64,000 nt of DNA, taken from the sequence record NC_019503.1. One strand, given 5' to 3'. Each line of letters begins with the position of its first letter. Position 1 is the stretch's first letter. The notes under the pieces are model-generated. The model was not told the DNA's origin and did not search any database. It worked only from the letters and a program-made list of their open reading frames with translations. Position numbers and translations under genes: made by a program. Below are positions 58,792 through 64,000 of the stretch, piece after piece. Source of the stretch: Escherichia phage ime09.

Positions 58792-59253
58792 TCATTGAGT
58801 TTTAATTACTGCTTTAGAAGCCTTTCCTGGTAAACGACGACTGTTGATAATTGCCATCCTACACTGAAGTGACGGGTCTTTGAACTTCGCATTAGGTTTA
58901 CAAACTGTAAATCCAAGCCAAAGATTTCCATCTGTGATTTCTAAACGCCCAGGACGATATTCAACCCCATCAATAAAATCCTCGTCAATGTCAGGACGCG
59001 GAGGCATACTCAGGAATTCATTAACTTCTAAAACATGGTCTTTTATTTTATGGAATAATTCAAAAACATATGTCTCATCAATCTCCCGCTGAATTGCACG
59101 ATCAAGAAGATGCTGAGAATATTTTAGATGAAACGATGAGACTCCTGCTGCTTTTGATGCCTCACGAATCTCATTGTTAATTTGACGAAACTCCGACTCA
59201 AAGTGACGACGGAGCTTATTTCGACGGATAAAAACTTCTGTGTTGATAGTCAT
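58792..59253 (-). CDS. regB: RegB endoribonuclease
   Basis: 153 aa; matches remembered T4 RegB. Confidence 0.85.
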   Translation of the reverse strand: MTINTEVFIRRNKLRRHFESEFRQINNEIREASKAAGVSSFHLKYSQHLLDRAIQREIDETYVFELFHKIKDHVLEVNEFLSMPPRPDIDEDFIDGVEYRPGRLEITDGNLWLGFTVCKPNAKFKDPSLQCRMAIINSRRLPGKASKAVIKTQ

Positions 59254-59280
59254 GTTATTCTCCTCTTAACTGATAGAAAA

Positions 59281-59310
59281 ATTATACCACAGTCAAGAGG
59301 AAAAGTAAAC
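59281..59310 (-). promoter_or_regulatory. early promoter GTTTAC-N18-TATAAT
   Basis: upstream of regB. Confidence 0.55.
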
Positions 59311-59312
59311 AG

Positions 59313-59633
59313 TTATTCTTTAAATCTAATCAATTTATTCATAGACTTTGAAACTTCTGCACGAACCTCATGTAGGTTTTTGAGCTGTTCAAGACGTTGC
59401 TCATAGTAAGCAATTTCATCTTCTTCGAGACAGTCCTGTGAATCTTCTTTAAGATATCGTGCATAGTCCTGGAAAGCTTTACGGACTACTTCCTGGAAGT
59501 CATCAAGACTTTGAATTTTCTTAGGAGCAGCAGATACACGACGAGGGGCAGTATAATACTCATAACCAAACCCTGCGCTTAATTGAGCCATTAATATTTT
59601 TCCTCTGGTTGAAACACTGCGCGACAAGCCCAC
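59313..59633 (-). CDS. hypothetical protein (106 aa)
   Basis: co-directional ORF in vs-region. Confidence 0.45.
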   Translation of the reverse strand: MGLSRSVSTRGKILMAQLSAGFGYEYYTAPRRVSAAPKKIQSLDDFQEVVRKAFQDYARYLKEDSQDCLEEDEIAYYEQRLEQLKNLHEVRAEVSKSMNKLIRFKE

Positions 59634-59893
59634 ATACTGGCTTCTTTGAGCTTCGTTTTAGCAATAGTTAACTGATCGATGCTTTCAGCATAATTCTTCG
59701 CGAATTCATAGTCTTCGCAATTATTTAGCACTTCCCAGAATTCGTCATATAAAGCATCAAAAATAAGTCCTAAACGAACTTCAGCATCTTTGATAGCATT
59801 CACTTTACCGATTTTCTCTTCAGTATGTGGCTTATAACCCTTAATATCTTCAATCATATTTGACTTCCTCACCAGTACATAAATCATATTCAA
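59591..59893 (-). CDS. hypothetical protein (100 aa)
   Basis: co-directional ORF. Confidence 0.45.
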   Translation of the reverse strand: MNMIYVLVRKSNMIEDIKGYKPHTEEKIGKVNAIKDAEVRLGLIFDALYDEFWEVLNNCEDYEFAKNYAESIDQLTIAKTKLKEASMWACRAVFQPEEKY

Positions 59894-60071
59894 CTAAACG
59901 AATAGGTTCATGAATGCCATATCCTTGAACAGAAATTTCTGTCGTAGGATAAATTCCATCAATATCACCCATGGTCCACGCTTCATTAAATTGCTGTTCG
60001 CCTGAATTACTAAACCATTCTGCGAAAGCATTTAACACATCTTTAGAACCTTCAATAATTATCTTTGCCAT
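59850..60071 (-). CDS. hypothetical protein (73 aa)
   Basis: co-directional ORF. Confidence 0.45.
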   Translation of the reverse strand: MAKIIIEGSKDVLNAFAEWFSNSGEQQFNEAWTMGDIDGIYPTTEISVQGYGIHEPIRLVEYDLCTGEEVKYD

Positions 60072-60433
60072 TACAAGCTCTCAGTAAAGGTACGAGCGAT
60101 AACGTCGCGCTGCTGTTCCGGAGTCAGAGAGTTAAAGCGAACTGCATAACCGGATACACGGATGGTCAGCTGCGGATATTTTTCCGGATGCTTAACTGCA
60201 TCTTCCAGAGTTTCACGACGCAGAACGTTAACGTTCAGGTGTTGACCACCTTCAATTTTAACCGCAGGTTGTGGTTCAATTTCAATTTCACGGGTATGCA
60301 AACCGTAGAAAATTTCTGGGTCTACAAAAGAGTCCTCTTTAAAAGTTTTAGAGACAATAATTCGTGCTTGAATACCATCTTCAAAATAAATAGTACCTTT
60401 ATGTGTGCCTTCAAGAATTTGATATGCTTTCAT
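60071..60433 (-). CDS. autonomous glycyl radical cofactor, GrcA/YfiD-like
   Basis: 120 aa; C-terminal about 60 aa match E. coli GrcA including RVSGYAV glycyl radical motif. Confidence 0.85.
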   Translation of the reverse strand: MKAYQILEGTHKGTIYFEDGIQARIIVSKTFKEDSFVDPEIFYGLHTREIEIEPQPAVKIEGGQHLNVNVLRRETLEDAVKHPEKYPQLTIRVSGYAVRFNSLTPEQQRDVIARTFTESL

Positions 60434-60440
60434 ATAAACC

Positions 60441-60770
60441 TCAATTAGAAAATAAATTTATCCAAGATTGCTCTTTAATTAAAAATGGCTCAGAATCATA
60501 TGCCATTAAACTTTGGGTGATTAGTCCTTTAAAAGGTCCATCAATAAATTCCATGGTAAAATATGGAATTTTATTCATTAATCTTGCATTAGGAGCAGTA
60601 CACAAAACTCTGCATCCTTTGAATACACCTTTTTGTAATTTATATTGCTTAGGATAAAATTCGCTCAAGACGTTATTATTTGCCAAAATTTCAAAATGAT
60701 TCACCAATTTATTTTTAATAGTTTTTGGCGAAAAATAAAGATATTCGAAAAGCTGTGTGTCTGTCATCAT
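60441..60770 (-). CDS. hypothetical protein (about 109 aa)
   Basis: track ORF 60441..60821 trimmed to internal Met to abut upstream gene. Confidence 0.45.
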   Translation of the reverse strand: MMTDTQLFEYLYFSPKTIKNKLVNHFEILANNNVLSEFYPKQYKLQKGVFKGCRVLCTAPNARLMNKIPYFTMEFIDGPFKGLITQSLMAYDSEPFLIKEQSWINLFSN

Positions 60771-61354
60771 TGCATTCCGATTACGAAAAACTGCGGACGA
60801 GTAATACCACCAATGCAACATTTAATATTACAGCAGTAGTGTACAGTGTCAATATGGACGCTATAAATCTTATCCATATCAGGAGATTTAACAGGCTCAT
60901 CAATTATATACAAAATTCGCGAAAGCGATAAACCTCTGAACTTGCTTCCTTTATTACCGATAAAACTACGGACAGAATCGGTAAATAAGCGGAATCGAAT
61001 ATCATCGCCAGAATAACGAGAAAATTCTTTTTTAATGTGGCCCGCAGAAATTTTAGCGTAAGCTGAAGTATTAGAAAGAACAATAACTGTTCCACCATCA
61101 TACAGCCAATTAGCAGCAAAGTTAGTCACAGCAGTTGATTTACCGGATTGTCTGCCACCATCTAATCGAAGTGTGCAATACTGCTTGAGTAAGTCTTCAA
61201 ATGGTGGGATATAATCGTTTTTACAAATTTCTTCTACTCTAGCATCAGAATGGTGTGTAAAAGCATTCATCAGGGATAGATAAGGACCAGTTAAAAATGT
61301 TCTCATTTTGTTATCTCTAAATTTGGGCCATTCCATGGCGCATGAATTTTCCAT
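60767..61354 (-). CDS. P-loop NTPase-like protein
   Basis: GGRQSGKST Walker A-like motif; start may be internal Met MEWPKF. Confidence 0.5.
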   Translation of the reverse strand: MENSCAMEWPKFRDNKMRTFLTGPYLSLMNAFTHHSDARVEEICKNDYIPPFEDLLKQYCTLRLDGGRQSGKSTAVTNFAANWLYDGGTVIVLSNTSAYAKISAGHIKKEFSRYSGDDIRFRLFTDSVRSFIGNKGSKFRGLSLSRILYIIDEPVKSPDMDKIYSVHIDTVHYCCNIKCCIGGITRPQFFVIGMQ

Positions 61355-61459
61355 TTCTGTATTTACCCATTACCGCACTTGGGCTCGACCTTATTACAGG
61401 TTGGCGGGAATCCCTCATAGAATCATGAGGTCCAGCTTGTTCCCATATTTCTTATTTGC

Positions 61460-61933
61460 TTATTTGAATGATTTGACGTACTGAACAGAACCTTTGCTAT
61501 TCACGAAAGCGATTTTACCATTTTTGTTATACATGGTAGCAGTACGCTGATAGCCATAAGTTTGCTTACCAGATTGATAACCAACTAATGCGAAATTATC
61601 TTCGCCCATTTTATTCTGCTTAGCGCGAATGCGTTCATGGCCGTGTGCCATAAGAACCTTAGCATCACCAGTTGAAATTGATCTACGAGTTTTTTCATCT
61701 TCAACTGTATTAACAAAGTCGTCAAATGAATCAAATTTAGCATGGGATTTATTATACAGTTTTCCATCTACTGCATAATTATATCCCTGTACATCCATCT
61801 CAACTTCTGTACCATCATCCAATACAGCAGTGATTTTTTGACCTTTTTTAAATTTCAAAAGATCAGTAAAAGATTCAGCAATAATTTGAGAATTAATAGC
61901 TGCTTCAGTGATAAATTCTTGATATGTTTTCAT
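61460..61933 (-). CDS. internal protein (head-packaged) with capsid targeting sequence
   Basis: 157 aa starting MKTYQEFITEA, the T4 IP/Alt CTS consensus. Confidence 0.65.
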   Translation of the reverse strand: MKTYQEFITEAAINSQIIAESFTDLLKFKKGQKITAVLDDGTEVEMDVQGYNYAVDGKLYNKSHAKFDSFDDFVNTVEDEKTRRSISTGDAKVLMAHGHERIRAKQNKMGEDNFALVGYQSGKQTYGYQRTATMYNKNGKIAFVNSKGSVQYVKSFK

Positions 61934-61942
61934 ATGTTTCCT

Positions 61943-62359
61943 TTAAATGTAAATATTTTTGCCGTAATACTTGTACCAGTGTGGCTTCATTAAAATTTTT
62001 TCATCGAGTCGTTGTTGACTCAATTTAATAGCTGATTTGCATGGATTATAATCATTTTTCCATTCTGCTGGAATATCGCTGATGTCAGGAACTTCAGTAT
62101 CTTTTATACTAAACTCACGTTTTAAGCATTCCGTTATAATGTCTGATTGACGCTTTCGCAAAAATTCTAACTTATCGTAAAAGAACGTAACATGACCAGA
62201 GCCTAAAATAAACTCGGAAGATATTTTAAAATCTTTAACCCGCTTACCATTTGCCACATGTTTACGAACTATACCAAAAACACGCGGCAATTCACGATAC
62301 TCAGCCATAAGATGTTGGTCGGTCAGTTCAGAAACAAGTGTTAAATTGATGCGAGTCAT
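61943..62359 (-). CDS. denV: endonuclease V (pyrimidine dimer glycosylase) DenV
   Basis: track ORF 61943..62371; [12 protein letters not shown]... matches T4 DenV. Confidence 0.9.
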   Translation of the reverse strand: MTRINLTLVSELTDQHLMAEYRELPRVFGIVRKHVANGKRVKDFKISSEFILGSGHVTFFYDKLEFLRKRQSDIITECLKREFSIKDTEVPDISDIPAEWKNDYNPCKSAIKLSQQRLDEKILMKPHWYKYYGKNIYI

Positions 62360-62386
62360 AATTTCCTCCAAGTAGTTGATGAATGT

Positions 62387-62416
62387 ATAGTATCAAAGTC
62401 CTTGGAGGAAGTAAAC
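62387..62416 (-). promoter_or_regulatory. early promoter GTTTAC-N18-TACTAT
   Basis: upstream of denV. Confidence 0.5.
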
Positions 62417-62417
62417 A

Positions 62418-63220
<803 letters not shown>

Positions 63221-63676
63221 TTAAAAGAGGCTGTTCATTATTCGGTAAAGTGAAGGACCCATCACATATTGCCACTGAGTACGAGGAATAAGAGCAAAAG
63301 CATCCATCTCTGGAATCATAACACCATCTTTATTTTCAAAATAAGACTCACAACGGCAATTTCTGAACATCTCATGCTCTACTGGAATCGTATAATAAAA
63401 TAACTGTAAGTCTTTATTACTAGAATATTTAAATACACCTAGGTCTTCTAGAAGGTCTGGATTATAATTGCTAAAGCCAGTCTCTTCTAAGCATTCTCTT
63501 CGTGCTGCATCTAGTGCGCTTAAATCAGAACTTTCTACACGCCCCTTTGGAATATCCCAGCGGTGTGCCATCATTCCGGGCTTACGAGAACCAGTAACTC
63601 GTCCCATAAATAAATCTTTATCTTCTGTCATAAAGATAATACCAGCTGATAGTGTTTTCATTTTAATTTCCTGCAT
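63221..63676 (-). CDS. nudE: Nudix hydrolase NudE
   Basis: 151 aa; Nudix box GRVESSDLSALDAARRECLEETG. Confidence 0.85.
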   Translation of the reverse strand: MQEIKMKTLSAGIIFMTEDKDLFMGRVTGSRKPGMMAHRWDIPKGRVESSDLSALDAARRECLEETGFSNYNPDLLEDLGVFKYSSNKDLQLFYYTIPVEHEMFRNCRCESYFENKDGVMIPEMDAFALIPRTQWQYVMGPSLYRIMNSLF

Positions 63677-63978
63677 TCAGTGATAAAGTTATTTAAATTT
63701 TGAGTATATTTCTTTTCATCAAAAATCTTTTGCTGCCTACGTAACCGCCATGGCATTTCAATGAACATGCACCATATTCCTGATAGTACTGCTGCTGTAA
63801 AAATATTAACAAGTATAATTAAAAGAATCCAATCTTCCGTTCTGCCTACTGGACTTTCTCCAAAGAAGCAAAATACAAATGATGTCACAGGAAAACTAAT
63901 AATATACCACAGAATAACCTTCTTATCTGTAAACCAATCAGCGTTCGTTAACTTAGCACGACCATTTTGAATACACAC
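63658..63978 (-). CDS. membrane protein (106 aa)
   Basis: two hydrophobic helices. Confidence 0.45.
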   Translation of the reverse strand: MCIQNGRAKLTNADWFTDKKVILWYIISFPVTSFVFCFFGESPVGRTEDWILLIILVNIFTAAVLSGIWCMFIEMPWRLRRQQKIFDEKKYTQNLNNFITECRKLK

Positions 63979-64000
63979 GAATTTATCATCTGTTACAGTA

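Noticed and set aside
60071-60260. GC-rich segment as assembly chimera or host contamination
   Set aside because: It is in frame and continuous with the AT-rich 5' half of the same ORF and flanked by phage genes; a mosaic gene is more parsimonious.
60065-60448. Plus-strand 127-aa ORF
   Set aside because: Antisense to the GrcA-like gene, whose identity is certain from the glycyl radical motif.
61355-61459. Possible tRNA in GC-rich spacer
   Set aside because: No cloverleaf can be drawn; no acceptor/T-arm pairing.

Overview
This 64-kb window reads as the early/middle-gene arm of a T4-like (T-even, Tequatrovirus-type) myovirus genome, running from rIIA (12..2189) to lysozyme e and nudE (62696..63676). 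About 120 ORFs, all but one candidate on the minus strand, tightly packed with frequent start/stop overlaps. All protein identifications are from my own reading of motifs and remembered T4 sequences; no database search was run, and hand-derived coordinates (promoters, terminators, manually found small ORFs, adjusted starts) may be off by 1-2 nt. Recognised: rIIA, unsplit topoisomerase gp39, DexA, Dda, Srd, ModA/ModB, Soc, gp56, primase gp61, Spackle-like, Dmd-like, helicase gp41, gp40, UvsX, gp42 dCMP hydroxymethylase, Imm, DNA polymerase gp43, RegA, gp62/gp44/gp45, RpbA, gp46/gp47, alpha-glucosyltransferase, gp55, NrdH/NrdG/NrdD, EndoVII gp49, NrdC, rI, Tk, RegB, a GrcA-like glycyl-radical protein, DenV, two internal proteins, lysozyme e, NudE. 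Regulatory layer: 19 sigma70-type early promoters (GTTTAC-N17/18-TAnnAT), a few MotA-box middle promoters, TATAAATA late promoters (soc, rI.1, e) and 11 UUCG-tetraloop terminators. No rRNA, tRNA, CRISPR array or IS element seen. Differences from T4 as I remember it: gene 39 is unsplit (no gene 60 bypass, no mobA), nrdD has no intron, no seg/mob homing endonucleases, a GT-A-fold glycosyltransferase sits where T4 has beta-gt, and dam appears absent between 56 and 61. Most interesting unexplained content: a run of five coiled-coil-tailed proteins plus an AAA+ ATPase and a nucleotidyltransferase-fold protein between nrdC and rI; a triplicated paralog family near dexA; repeated promoter cassettes; a host-like GC-rich 3' segment in the GrcA-like gene. 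I cannot establish from sequence alone that any of these is undescribed.
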